64,000 bases of DNA from Lytechinus pictus (GCF_037042905.1 NC_087246.1:7008001-7072000), one strand, 5' to 3'. Counted from the stretch's first letter, positions 25,170-39,300 are shown. Notes: generated by a model from the letters alone, not told the origin. A program made the numbers and translations.

Positions 25170-28100
25170 ATTTTAGAGGGAACTCAATGTCTATAAATAG
25201 AAAGGGGGTACTTCGAGTTGGAAACATAGTTCAAGCTCACAAATGGTGGTCTCCAGAAAACACTTATTTTGTTGTGAAAATTGCATGTACGATTTCATCG
25301 AGAAAATATAGCAAAAAAAAAACTAAATTTCATTTGTTCTTCCTCGAAGAGTGTAAGGATGTTTTTTAATACTGATACATTTTATTCTCATTGGGAAATT
25401 ACTGTAAGATTTTTATACAGCACCAACCCAATTCCTGAATTAAAAAAAAAAAAGTTTCATAAAAATACAGAGCAAATTGCATTGCAATGCCAGAATTGAC
25501 AAGGGAAATTATTTAGGACAAACTTATTGTTAATGTGTAATTTCCATGTGACTTTAGTGTTTGGGCAGGAGATATGAAATATACCACTTCAATCTGTGTC
25601 ACTTGATCACTCATAACTATTCAATATAAAGTTCATGTATTCAAGAGTAGAAAATGAAAGTTAATACTTCTCCTTAATGAGTTCATATTTTGATGTTGAA
25701 AGTATAATTGCTCTCCAACAACTCAATCAGTTTTGGCATGATAGGAAACCAGGCCAATTCAATGGGGATCTAAATATGACAATTAATAACAATCAAGAGG
25801 ATACTACTGCTGTTTTAGGCATGTTAAGTGTCATTATTTTTGATAAATTTGAGTGACTTTAAATTGTTCAGCACCATGCCAAAAGGTACTTGAATTTCAG
25901 AGTACGGATACTGAGATTGTTGGCTGACCAAGGAGAGTGGTAATTGCTTTTCAAAACCATTTTCCCTTCTTAGTAAATGATGTCAGGATATGAATCATAA
26001 TAGGTAATACTAGTGACTGTGGTATGCGTTAACTAAGAAGCGGTTGTTGAATGTAGAACGAGATGCTATTTTGTTCTTGTATGCATCACAGTGTACAGTT
26101 GAAAACTTTTTTGATTGAAACAAAGGATGTCATACTTGGAGTTTAGTAATGTATTTATTTGCAACCTGACAAAGGTAATATCTCTAAAACAACAGTTTTG
26201 ACTCCCACTCGGTAAGCATGCCCAGTGATTCTGTCTATTCCAGAGCTTTCTGTGTATTGTGCATTAGCGAAATGACTGAGAAATGCCACAGGGGACACTC
26301 CCATCTTGTGGAACAGCTGATAAAACTAGTTCAGTACATCCCTTGCAGCCAGGACTCCACCATTTATTGTCTGTTAATATCTAGGGTAGATCATGGGCTT
26401 ATCCTATCATGCAGATAAGCTCTGTTTACAGGAGAACTAAAAGGACGTTGTCAAACATCATCCATATTTAATGACTTTCTGCTTCTCAGTACCACCTGAT
26501 ACTATGCTGTCATTTGTCTATGTGAGTTTTTTGTTGGAATCATTCTTTTTTTTAAGCCAGGAAAAAAATATTACTCAGAAAGACTTTGTTTCCCTCATGA
26601 ATATGATACTGCTCCTTAACCTTTTTTTTCTTCAATTTTCAATGTTTGATCATCATATCTTCAAGTTGGTATGATATTCATTGATTTGAAAAGCTCTTAA
26701 ACAATATGAATATTGTGTTGAGAAGGTATGTGTCTTGTTGCTAATTGACTTGAAAGGCTCGAGGTATATCATATTCAAGATGAGAATATAAAGTTTATTT
26801 GATTCATCTTTGTTTTTTATCTTTGAGAGATACTGCCATATCATTTCATAGTTCTTCTGGATTAGATTATGTCAATATTTTTATTTCATAGCTTCACCAC
26901 TATGGATTAACGGATCATTTAATTGTGCCATGTCACTGTATAGTATTTCCAAAGGATTAATGCCAGATGTCTGACTACTCGAACTAGATATGCTACTTGT
27001 TATTCTTTCTAATGATCAAGTCTGTCTAGATTAATGTATTGTATTTTTCCCCCCAGGTATTTCCTGCCACAATTCTTTGATATTGTAATGCATCCCTAAC
27101 CAACCGGTTATTCTTTCCCCAACATGTTCAAAGAGAAAGAGAGATAAAGACAGACAGATGTAGAAAAGAAAGAAAGGGGGCATTGACTTTTTGCCAAATT
27201 TATATCCATTGCCTCCTCAAGCAAGTTATTTAAATTAATTATACTTGTATGAAATTGAATTAGTGGGAGTTTGCAGTTACATATACCATGCTGTCATAAA
27301 ACGAGAAGAAAATTACTTCAATTTTGAAAAATTAAATATTCCTTCCAATATTGTTTCCACTTTTTTACCTAAATATATTGAGTAGAAAATGGAAAAATGC
27401 TTTTCTTCTGGAAAATAATGTACCTATTGAATTTAGTAGCATGTGTAATATCTGCATTCAGTACCATAAATGACCATAGGAAATTAATGATTCTTTTATT
27501 TTTCCTTCTCTTAATTTTTTTTTATTTTTCCTTCTCTTAATACTGAACTACTGTAGCTCTAGCTTACCTGAAGAACAGACCAGAAAACATCTACCAAAAA
27601 ATATCCCCTCCTCCCAAAATAGATAAACATCTAGTATTCATCTCTATATCCTCCATCTCTTTTGCCTCAAGCTGTTAGAATTAAGTTACCAAAGTTGCAG
27701 ATACATCTACTGTAATGCGCAAATCCAACTTCATCCAACCGAGCCGAGTTTCGTCCTAAAAATTGATCGAATGATTCAGTGTGCAGTCGTGGGGCCACTT
27801 TCAGACGCCAGACACAAAAGAAACGTTATCAACTTCCATGACAAAAGGGGAAAAGAGAGAGATCTAAATTGACCGGTTTGGGGGGATTATTGGTAGTGAC
27901 ACTGAACCGGGGGTTTCTTAGCTCCAGAGCGCGGTTAATCTCGGGATTTATCCGGGTCAGATTAAGGGATTCCGGAGCCCAATGTGTGTGAGATTTAGAG
28001 GGATGATCGGGAGGATATTGATGACGTGGAATTTGGTTTCTGATCTATCGTTGATGACTTTATCCTACCTCTCTCTCTCTTACTTTCTCTCTGATTTATT

Positions 28101-28712
28101 CCTAGTGATGACCTAGATACCACTTTTTTTTAAACCTATGACTGTTGGAGTAATAATTATCCTAGTTTTTCACCTTTCTGTGAAACATTGCACTTAATGT
28201 GACTAATCCTAACCTTCTTTAATTAATTTCAAAATTTTCTAGAGTGGATTAAATTTTTCATAGGCACTACCTTATACATGACAGACTTAAATAAAAATAT
28301 GCGTACGTATGTTATATATAATTATGATTTATATTTTTTACTCAATCAAATTTGGGTGTCGAACATATCTAGCCTAGTAGTGAGGGAAAATAGAGATAGG
28401 AAGACTTTTGAATACTGACTTGGAGGTTGCATAGCAAAAACCCCTCCCTGTTTTTTTTTCTTCTGCATTGATGTGAGCAAGAGAAGACCAATACATTTTT
28501 TTAAATATCATTCGAAGTCTTGAAGCAAATTGCACGTTATGAAATATATGGTATAGGCCTATGTGCATGGCCATGGAAATATTTTTCATATATGCTGTAA
28601 TAGTTTAAGTACTTTTTGCGAAGGAGGAGACCTTACATCATCTCATGTTAAAACTAAATAATTATTCTCTTTGTCTTTGTCTTTCTCTCTCTTATTCTTT
28701 GTATATTTACAG

Positions 28713-28811
28713 CTAGGAATGGGTGTTCCACCATCTATTAATCCAATGTTTCCTCCAACCAGCTTACCCAGTGGCTTTGGCTCAGGAGCCCATGGTGCTT
28801 TCCAACCAAAG
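28713..28811 (+). CDS. AUTS2: AUTS2/FBRSL1/Tay-family protein, internal exon (LGMGVPPSINPMFPPTSLPSGFGSGAHGAFQPK)
   Basis: Pyrimidine tract + tttacag acceptor, AAG|gtaatc donor, 99 nt, phase 0/0; ends in GAFQPK like the vertebrate AUTS2/FBRSL1 exon. Confidence 0.85.
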
Positions 28812-28888
28812 GTAATCAATATTAACTCAATCACTGCTAAAGTTTGTCATTCTCATAGACTTTGCACAGGAAAGTGGATGTCTTACAA

Positions 28889-29170
28889 AGGGGAAGTCCA
28901 CCCTGATATGAATTTGGTTTTTATTATAGCTGAAAAGCCAAGAAGTATGGTAGTAAGATTTTGTAAAAAATCCATCCAAGAATAGTTAATGGTTAAGTTT
29001 AGATTTTGTTAGGTTACATGTTAGCAGCTCCCTCTTATGTAATGGAATTTGAATTGCTAATATTACAATTTCTAATGGTCCTTGATAGCAGAAATTTATA
29101 CTCATTTCATAAAAGCATTTTTTAATTAAAGCATCTAATCATGTAAATGAATGTGTATGTAAAATAATTT
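28889..29170 (+). mobile_element. Degraded TTAA-type MITE left portion
   Basis: aggggaagtccaccct start resembles aggataagtccacccc at 43789; right end not found, so the boundary is approximate. Confidence 0.35.
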
Positions 29171-30686
29171 TCCAAGGAAATTACACCTTATGACTCTTCA
29201 AGATTTTAGTCTGATTCTAACTTCATCCCCTTTCAAGTATAGTATCTGTTTCGAAATGACTTCATTTGTTCTATGATCTAAACTTGTGCCATTTCAAGCT
29301 AAATAATTGCAGTTTCTAAATGCTTTGAAGGGCTATACCAACTCCTGAATGATCATAAGTGCATTTCAATTTATATCCTAGCTTTTACATGTTATAAATT
29401 TCCCTGAAACTAAGTCATCCCCCATTTTATATAGTCTCTGGTTGCATCCTATACATTTATCAAAATGGTTTTCAATTTTAATCATCCTGCCATTTTTTTT
29501 ATTTGTCCCGAGCTTTCATTTTATAAAATCCCTTTGCATTTGGTGTTGTCATATTCTCAATCAAGCAGCAGAATCATATCATCAAAGAAAAATGACTTTT
29601 CTTCATGCACGTTATCCCCCCCCCCCCCTTCATGGTTTTATTCATTGCCTTTGTGTAAAACATAAAAATTGTTTTTCCTAATACCAGCACACTCTAAGGC
29701 TTTAATGGATATAACAATATATGTATCCTATATCCTTTTTGAAATTCATCATGCAAAAGGCATAATCTCATGTTCCCATGAACTCATTATTTAAAGTATA
29801 TAGTCCTATACGTATAGTTTTGTGTCACAATGTGTTCAGGGGTCTATTTTTTTGTCCATTTTTTATTTGAAGCTAAGCTTTCTTGTCCATTTTTCAATCT
29901 GTCATTACTGATATTCAGACACCAAACATTTATCCCGAAAAATAACAAAAAGAAACAAATACAATTTCATTGCATAGTGTGAAGAGTGTGAAATAAGCCT
30001 TACGCAGTTGTACCATGTTCAGATATACAACAAAGAGGTGATTTGTTATTAAGTTGGAAATAATTATCTGACTCTAGTTTCATGTTACAGTGCTTCTCTA
30101 CACATTGTTATACCATTTGACAAGTATATTAATATCTAAACCATTTTGGTAAAAATGTTTGTGTCAGGATACTAAGAATGACAATTTGGCTATCAAAAAA
30201 ATTATTCCAGCTAATGGCGGTGTATGGTTTAATCTTTCATAACATCTAATAATGGTGTAGATTGCTTGTTAAAGTGGATGTTTCATATTCATTAGTCATA
30301 TGCTCGAGTTGTGATGTGTTAAAATAATCATTTGTAAAAATATAAAAAAAACATTTTCATCTGTATTACAAGCAGAAATGAAACCTAACAGGTTCCTTAA
30401 CATTAAAGGTTAATTTTACAAATTTCTTGCCAGCATATTTTAAGCAATCAATGATGGTTATCAACAAATATATAAAATTTTAATCATATTTTTTTAATGT
30501 TTATTTGTTTTAATTATTGCCGTTTTTCCATGTGTAAAATCTATATGTTTACATAATTTTTTTTACATTTTCTCTTCATAACATTCTCTTTTCTCACTCT
30601 TTCTTCTTCCTCTTCCCTTCCCCTCTTCTTTGCCCCCTCCTCTCTTGTTTCATCTATCTATATTCTCTTTATCTTTCTCCATGTAG

Positions 30687-30752
30687 AGTTGGCCAGAGGG
30701 TGGTTTGCAGCTCCCCAGGTTGGATAATCGTGTCAGCAAACCACTCATGAAG
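30687..30752 (+). CDS. AUTS2: AUTS2-family internal exon (SWPEGGLQLPRLDNRVSKPLMK)
   Basis: Long pyrimidine tract then atgtag acceptor; 66 nt, phase 0/0, open; AAG|gtgccc donor (weak); position and PRL..KPLMK resemble the DPRLTDPFRPMLR segment preceding the WC motif in AUTS2. Confidence 0.65.
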
Positions 30753-33700
30753 GTGCCCCACTTATCTTCATTTATAATAGCATGAACATTAACAATTTAT
30801 GATCAGAGGGTCTATGAGATTAGCTCCCATCACATTACACAGTCACGTCCAAACCATCTACGACCAGGGTCCTTCTGCAGTTCCTATCATGGTAACTTCA
30901 CCATCCAATGGTAACCACCAGAGTAACGTTACTCAATGGCCAATCAAAATCATGGATTTCATGGAAGTGGTCTTTGGATGGTAAAGTTACTGTAATATGT
31001 AATGGGGCGAGAAGTTCAAAGCAATTGACAATATATTATTCAAATGTATGTTACAAGATTACAAAGATAATACAAAATAGATACCCACCATCTTCCAAAT
31101 CCTTTTTAAATTTGGTTGTAATAGTTGAATAGGTACTAGATGAGTGTGCAGTTAGCCACTAGCTTACCCTTTGCAGTACTGCAATTTTTGGCGATGAGGC
31201 ATGAAAGACAGAGACTGAATATACAGTTTGTTACGAAGCATGGGTCTGTGTACTTTGCATGCTGCTTGCAAAGAGTTTATATTTTAGAAATTATCTTATT
31301 CAAAAACATTTATGCCCATGAGAGGGGAAAGGAAGGGAATATATTTGGCATTAAAATAGGAAGTAAAGAGTTCCCCGTTAATACTACTTGCTTAGATTAC
31401 CATAGCTAGTAGCTGTTTTATGTTTTTCAGTTTAAGAGGATATATTTTTTTTAATGAACCAACTTCAATATAAAGCATGCATAATAGCAAATATAGTCTG
31501 CTGCATATATGATAAATTCGAAACAAATCCCAATTAGGCAGCTGAAATTAACAATTTGAAGAATTCTTGGTCTTGGTATGTGCATGCTTAACACTTATTG
31601 TGCATTGTGTTAATTAGAATTCTTTGTGGGAAGATTTTGGGCTAATTAGTATTCATCTTAGTTTGTTTGTATCTTATATTTATAAGCTCAATGAATTTGT
31701 TAGAGAAATTTTGTGTGTGTTTGTGCTTTTTTAATTGCTTAATGCAGCTTATTTATTTTCTTGATATTACATTTTGTGTTAGTGCTGTTTTGTGAGAATA
31801 TTTGAAAATAATTTTCACCCCCTTTCATGTAAGCTTCCCATGCATTCATTAACCGACTCCTTACTGTCTGCAAAGTTTGATGTTATTTCTTAATATTAAA
31901 AAAACCTTCCATTTAGCTTGTTATAAGTCAAGTCCAGCAATGGTCTGTCTCACGATTTGACACATCCAGTCATCATCCATTCTCCATGATTTGTTTGTTT
32001 GGGAAATCAAAAATTTAGGTAGCTGTCGATTCAATCCAATCCAACCATCCCTTACCGCATTATCCACCATCCTATGGGTCATAGAGAAAGAATAGACGGG
32101 GAAACCGTCCTCTTCAGAAAGTGCACATTCATCAATTGGCGCACTTTAGGGTGCCATCTGTAATCGCCATGTGCATTGGTTCTACTTTGTTGCATTGATA
32201 GATGCATTTGGTAAGGGTATCTGAGAAATGTGTATTTGGACCGAGACTGAAGATGGTGTAGCCCCAGAATCAATCACTTGTCTAGATTTCAGATGACCTT
32301 TACAGTAGACGTTCAGTCTGTTCAGTCATGTTCCTATCTCTATTTGACCACTGTCACTAAAACCTAAGTGCATGAATATAGTCAAGCAGTTATATATGTT
32401 GTCATATTTTGAAAAAAATATGGATAGTTCCCCCCATGTCCTGTTATAGCAGAAAATGACCAAGAAATGTTTTTTAAATGTGTAGAAATAAAGAAGTATG
32501 AACATATTTTCCACCAAACATCCCCCCCCCCCCTATTCATACCTTTTCTTATGAGTCATATATTCCTACACTGCTAGCATTGCAGACAAAAAAAATATTA
32601 CCTTTGTTTGGAATGAGAATTTTAAAAACCTATATTATGTATTGGCTATGTTTTAATTCTGTTCTTGTTTCCTACGAATGATTAAGAGCACTCCTCAATG
32701 CTCTCTTGCTCTCCTCCTGGTGATATGGCCTCCCTGAGTATACCACTTGCTTGCACCCCTTATGTTCCTTAGGGAAACTCTTTAATGGGTTGGACTCCTA
32801 CATGATGGACAGTGGGACCTTAAACTAACAATTAATCATCAAATGGTACCGGAATCAGTTTTTGTCCAAACACTCTGCCTCCCCAAAAGAGATTGAAACA
32901 GCGATCAACATTGTTTGCTTTTTCACTTCAATTAAAAACAACACCATTTTGAGGTTTTTCCAATATCTCCAGGGAAGGTACCAAGCAGCTTGACAATCAT
33001 GCCATTTCTTTAGTAATCTTTAGAATAAATTCACACTTCATAGTTAGATCTGTGAAAGAGTCTTGGTGAAAAGGACTTTATATTCATTAAAACTGACTAA
33101 TTATATCCTCTATTGAATGCCGATAATTGGACTTAATTACCATAAGGCCATTCCATTTATAAAACCCCTTTCCTCTTCTATCATAATAGAAGCCATTACG
33201 GTAAATCCATTCTCTCTGAAAATGATTTATGTTTTAAGTAGACCGTAGAGAGAGATAATTCAAGGCTGAATTACTATTAAATTTAAACACAGAATCCCTC
33301 CAAGGGAAACCACCTTTCCTCTTCCTGAATCAATTTGATCAAATTAAAATGAAAAGTTTGATGTCCCAGCTTCTAATTAACAAGCATGGTTACAATGATG
33401 TCTCTACAGTGTTAAGGGATTGGAATAGATGCAAACTCCAGACATTGCCCATTGAACTACATATAGAAATTGCATATACTTATGTGTGTACCTGGTGAAA
33501 TTAACCCTTTATTGTTTAAAGCTTTTAATAAAGCTATGGGAAAGGATTCATCACATTATTCTTGAGAGAAAAAAATAATTATCTATGTTAAGCAAGTATA
33601 TATAGATGTTATTAAGGTGAAAGTACAAATGATTAGGTAGCATGTAATATTGTTTCCATGTTACATGCCTCATGACTACCCATTTATAATTAGAGGGTTT

Positions 33701-34025
33701 TCATCTACCAATATAATTGCATTGCCCATTATCATTTTGTATTGCATCATCTGTTTTTGTGCCTTTATTGCATGTCTGTGTGATAGGACACACCCTCATA
33801 TTGTTGGTAATCTATCATTGTTTCATTTGTTAATAGTAGTCATTGTTCATAAAGTAACATATTCTTGCTTTATCTGTAAACTATCTTTTTTTTTGCTGTC
33901 ATAGTTCTAGAACACAGCTTGCTATCCGAGTTTCATAATTTTATTCCATTGTCACCCAGCTCATCTTAGAAAAAAGCAATGATATAAAAATTATAATAAA
34001 AAAATAGTCCTATTTATGCCTTTAA

Positions 34026-34205
<180 letters not shown>

Positions 34206-34607
34206 TAAACTTGCTTACTCATGTGTATTTTTCTTTTTTGTTGAACATTTGACTAAGAATGAAATTTGCAAAACTGATTCAATTTTTGCAGGCTTTGTTT
34301 TAGAGTTTTTGTTTTTTATTTGCTTTCTAAAGTAAAGATTTAGATCAAGAACATGTAGTATAAAAGCAACTTGAAGAATGCAAAAGCAATATATTTCACC
34401 AGATTGCTAGTCATTGAAATTATCATATCGAGCATAAAGCGGAGACAAATTATTTCAGGGAGGTCCCACGTTTAGCGGGCCGGATGTACATACTTATGGA
34501 ATTGCCCAAACATATGAATGAATGTAATCATGATCTATTAGAACTGAAACTTATGTATATATACAATTCATTGATTATGTTTTATATTCTCTTCCTGACC
34601 ATCATAG

Positions 34608-34734
34608 GCCAAGGTAGATGCTCAGAAGGATAGCTTGAAGCAAGATGCCTTCCTTGGTAAACCCGGTGGACCTCATATATTTTCTCCTCCAAGGCCTCCT
34701 GATCTTCACCTCCAGTCTAATCTTTTTCCTCATG
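34608..34734 (+). CDS. AUTS2: AUTS2-family internal exon (AKVDAQKDSLKQDAFLGKPGGPHIFSPPRPPDLHLQSNLFPH-G)
   Basis: catag acceptor, CATG|gtaggt donor, 127 nt, phase 0/1, open and in frame with neighbours. Confidence 0.85.
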
Positions 34735-35473
34735 GTAGGTTCTTTCCTCCAGTCCTGGCTCCAAACTTCATCACTCCATCGTCATAAAAATTGCTAATAT
34801 TCTGTATAATCAAACCCAAATTGTTTGCATATTTGATGCAAAGTATTTCAAAGAAATTGATTCAACCAGTGAGTTATGTAATCATATAAAATGGTCCTTC
34901 AGCTAGTCAGGATGTAATATAGGTGCCCAATACCTAACTTATTAGGTCTGTTTAGATCTATTCTCCTGTATATCCTGTGGACCTTGGAAGTTAATTGTTT
35001 GAAAAATGTCAAATTCGTTGGTGTAGTCCTATACTGTAAATTTTGTTGGTATCATCAGCATAAGAATCCGGCTGGGATCACATTCTATAAATACAGAAAA
35101 TTGTGTAGGGGATTACACAAAAATGTTTTTCCAAAGCTTTTAAAGCTTGTATGCTTTCCCTCCCCCCCCCCCCCCCTGTGTTTGGGGTTTGGGATGATAT
35201 TATAAACATTGTTGATAAGATATTATTCCCAATGAGATGAAACAATCAGAAAGCTTACAATAGTTGTTTTACTTCCTTTCTCTTAACTCTTTAACTCTAT
35301 TTATATATGTATAGTATCGTAGTCTGATGTGAACTTGTTATTTTTCCAATTGGAGGACAAAAACATCATTAGATATTTGTAGCAAGTATACTGTGTTATA
35401 ATTAATATCATGGGCCATTAATCTCTAAAGACATCATGTATTGGTTTTCTACACCTCTCTTACCATTGAACAG

Positions 35474-35620
35474 GTGCACCAGGGGGTCCATTAAACCTCC
35501 AAAGTGGTCCACATCATCCCAGCTTCTTGACAGCGGCTGGACCTACATTTGGTCTACCTCCAATGCCCAGACCAGCTAGTTATGGGCCAGGTAACCTGGG
35601 CTTTCCTTTAACAGGACCAG
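35474..35620 (+). CDS. AUTS2: AUTS2-family internal exon (APGGPLNLQSGPHHPSFLTAAGPTFGLPPMPRPASYGPGNLGFPLTGP-G)
   Basis: aacag acceptor, CCAG|gtatga donor, 147 nt, phase 1/1; PHHPSFL resembles AUTS2 PHHSNFL. Confidence 0.85.
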
Positions 35621-36043
35621 GTATGAAAGGTATTTTAAAAGTTCCCTTTTTTCAATATGTCTTTATCAATCATTGTGTATCTCTTATCTGCCCCCCCCCC
35701 CTCTTACTCGCTCTCACGCTCTCTGATCGGTTGTTTGTTATAATTTTCTCCCCGCTCATTTTGTATCTCTTTTCTATAATTAAACCTTTTTCTAAATGGA
35801 TACAACTAGTTTTTTTTTTTTTTTAGCTTAAGTGGTTGTATACTCTATTTATTTCTAATTGAACCTGACTATGTACAGTAAGATACTTTTTAATGCGGCT
35901 CCATGCTTGAACCATAAGTTCAATTATATAAAAAAAACATGAAATTTCCTCATATGTATACACATAATTTGCTATTGATTATGATGATGGAAGTATTCAT
36001 GACATATCTCATCTGCTTTTCACTCCCAAAATGTCATTATCAG

Positions 36044-36362
36044 GTGGCAGTTTGAATTCCAGTATGTTCAACGGTCGAGAGTCGATTGGTTTACCTGGTC
36101 TGAGCAGCCCACATCAAGGTCAATGGGGTAGACTTCACAGGACTCCACCAGGGTTCCCAGGAATGCCACCAGGTTCCTGGGCTAAACCAGAAGCAGAGAG
36201 GGCAAAAGAAGGGTTCCATTTCAGCCTTGACAGGGAGAGAGAACGGGAACGAGAAAGACTCAAGGACGAGGAGAGGGAAAGGGAGCGGGAGAGGGAACGT
36301 GAACGCGAACGCGAAAAACTGGAAAGAGAGCGGGAAAGGGAAAAAGACAAAGAAAGAGAAAG
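36044..36362 (+). CDS. AUTS2: AUTS2-family exon with WGRLHRTPPGFP motif and RE-dipeptide tract
   Basis: tatcag acceptor, AG|gttggt donor, 319 nt, phase 1/2; NSSMF..WGRLHRTPPGFP..W.KP matches AUTS2 NSMF..WNRLHRTPPSFP..WLKP. Confidence 0.92.
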
Positions 36363-39300
36363 GTTGGTATATTATATTTCTTTTACAGATATTGACAATC
36401 TAATGTTTGATTGCACACTTCACTTTCTCCATACAGCTATTTGCAGGTTTGCCACTTTTTTTTTTTATAGACATTGGTGGTCATTTGATTGGATTATGTA
36501 CAAACTCATGTTGAAATCATATAATGGGTGTCACATTCACAAACACATCAACTGGTGTCAATCTGCACATAGTTGCTCAATAAAGGATCTCATGAATTTG
36601 GGAGAACATGTTTAACTCAAAAGTCAAGGAACAAAGCTTGCTAATCTTGTCTTTGTCAAAGAAGTATTTTGAGCAGATGATGCAGGAAAGATAATTCACA
36701 AGAATTCTGTCCTTGTCAAAATCATGTAAGTTTTGATCAAATGTTAAATGTGATAGGCATCAAGGTACACTTTTTCCTTGATGCAACGGAAGTTACAAAA
36801 TTTGTCATCAAGACATGGATTTGTTTTTGTCATTTATAACAAGGTATGGCGTGGGTAGCGGTACCGAACGATTAGTCAGCTAATAGTGGCGTGCAATTAG
36901 ATTATGTCCCCAGGCCAAATCCATCGTTAGCAAATTACCGGCAAATTTAAACAGGTGTCTTGGGCTTCCTATTGTTTCTTTGACAACAACGGAGAGGGGA
37001 GGATACTAGAGGGTCAGGATATTGTGACATTGTATTAGATTAGTTAGAAGGATTTGCCAAGAGTGGGTTTGCATGATTATCAAGTTTAGAGAAGGAATGT
37101 TGTATCAATCAAAATTTGACCATTGGTGCCAACTTTTCAGGATAGTGTACAAACATCACATACATCTCATTTCCATGATTGATGAATGTAATAATTATTA
37201 TCAGAATAAGTTTTGTTGGTTTCTTTGTCTTGTAATAGAGGAGAGGATGACAGGGAGGAGCATTGGAAGGCCCTGTAATTTACATCTTATTTGAAACAGA
37301 AAGTTTATGACCAGCTTATGCCTTATCCAGAAATGCATAGTGAAGGGGATGAGTTCAGTTAACAGTAACAGGAAAAGCTGTATTATCAGGATTTGAAGAC
37401 ATTGTCTGTCTGGTTTAATGTAAAAGGATGATGAAGGTTAACTGAATAATTGATTCAAGGTCATTATCTTTGTTTACTGTAGGCAGAAAGATAATCGAAT
37501 TATGGGAGGAGTTTGGGGTTTTGAGTTAAAATCCCTGTTTGTATGCTTGCCAAGGATCAAACAAAGAGATAGGAACTATTGCAGAACAATACAGGAGAGA
37601 GTAAAAATATGGAGGAATGAAGATTGACTTCCCTTTTTCAGCCAGGGAGTAGTACATGTCATGAACATGCTTAGCAACAGTAAGGGTTAATGCTTATATT
37701 GTCAAAGTGGATAGTTATCTGATATGGTATTAAATTTTTTGAGAGTTTCCAGGGAATACAAAGACCTTTTACTGATAGTCAAATAAATTATAGTGGTAGA
37801 GGTCTGCAGGGGTTGAAAGATGATGGGATAATATAGCCGAGCTCTTGACCATTTCAAGAGCCAGTTATTGTGAGGGATGTCCCTACCTTCTGGTGATACC
37901 AAAGCATGCGCACCAGCAAAATTCATGATAGATCCTTCAGAACATGTACCTCCTTCCAGAACAAAAAGAGAATGAAAGACCCCCCTGGGGCCACATGAAA
38001 TGTCAGACTTCTCTTTATGAAACACATGATTAAAGCTGACAGTTCAAAGACATTGTTCGTCCGGTGACAAGAATAGATGAGAAGAAGAATCAGGGATCGA
38101 GACATGCTTCCCGACAATGGCAGGCGTCGAGCCGAGCACCTATCGTGACAATGCCAGCTGATAACTAAATTAGGTCCAGTTGTGCCGAGGCGCAAAGCCC
38201 AAGGAGTTTTCCTAGATGGGGTGCAGAGAAATGGGAGGAGGAAAAGGGGGTTGGGATGGGCGTAGGGGAAATGAGATGAAACAGGCCATTCAAAACAGGT
38301 GATGGGTTCAAAAAACAACAATAGCGATCACCCACCTCCTCCTTCCCTTGCAGATATGGTCATGATTAAAGAACTTCTTCTCTAGTCTCATATATAAGGG
38401 TATCAGGGGAATGCATATTGTAATGATTTAAGAACAGGAAAACAAAACCAAGGAGTGTGTGTCATTGTCACCATCATGACAGCACAAATTCATCTTAAAC
38501 TTTGTAAGGCCCCAGGCTTTAATTTGCCATTTATGTGGGCTTCTCTTTCTTTCCTCATTTGTATTTAGCATTGGAAGAAGACGTGAAAGACAGAGTTTGT
38601 AGATAGTATTTACAGAGATCAATCATAAAAGAAAACAAAAATCTAAATTGTCACTATTCAAAACTCAACATTTGTTATGTATCCCTCAGCTTACTGATTG
38701 TCTATATAGATGATATAGTAACCAAACTAGCATCTGCAATCACATTGTGTTTATACCAAGACCACAGTATTCCTGTTCATCCATTGAACAAAAACCTCTT
38801 AAGTTCACCAGGAGGTTATTTTTAAGAGAGTTTTTTTTTATTATCTCCCCTTTGAGGAAAACCAAAGAAGGCCAATTTGGAAGTCTTAGGGCTATCTGAT
38901 CTTGTCCAATTGCGGTTTGCACGAGAGATTTATATCTCTAAGTAATACTACCAAGTGCTGCATAAAGACAAGATCATCCCAAATAGGAGACAATTAAATA
39001 GAATAACACGTACTCCTAGTTACCACCCAGATGATAGTCATATTATCCAGAGGTAATTGTCATGATGTGAACTTGATAACACAAGATTGGACTAAGAAAT
39101 AATAAGCATCCTAGTGATATTGTCAAGCTTATCTCTATATCTGTCTACTATTGTTAGCTTTATGGATTTCATCAATTGTTCCCAAATTACTTCTCTGGAT
39201 GATGCATTTCCCTCAAGAAGTATCACATATTTGTTCGGAAATTAAGTCCTCTCCCTGAACGTCATCAAAGTGTTATTAATGGTTCATGTACGTGAACCGT

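Noticed and set aside
1504..27000. Many 60-90 aa ORFs in the supplied track
   Set aside because: AT-rich low-complexity translations without recognisable motifs or consistent splice sites; several lie within repeats.
27040..27110. Strong acceptor-like ttttccccccag as a missing AUTS2 exon
   Set aside because: All three frames hit stops within about 45 nt and no convincing donor or family motif is present.
36135..36350. Antisense SR-rich ORF, plus ORFs 41596-41817, 41909-42166 and 42300-42722
   Set aside because: Shadows of the repetitive AUTS2-like coding sequence.
37702..38321. 107- and 132-aa minus-strand ORFs and an R/D-rich plus-strand stretch near 38077
   Set aside because: No recognisable homology, no pyrimidine tract, and wrong phase for inclusion.
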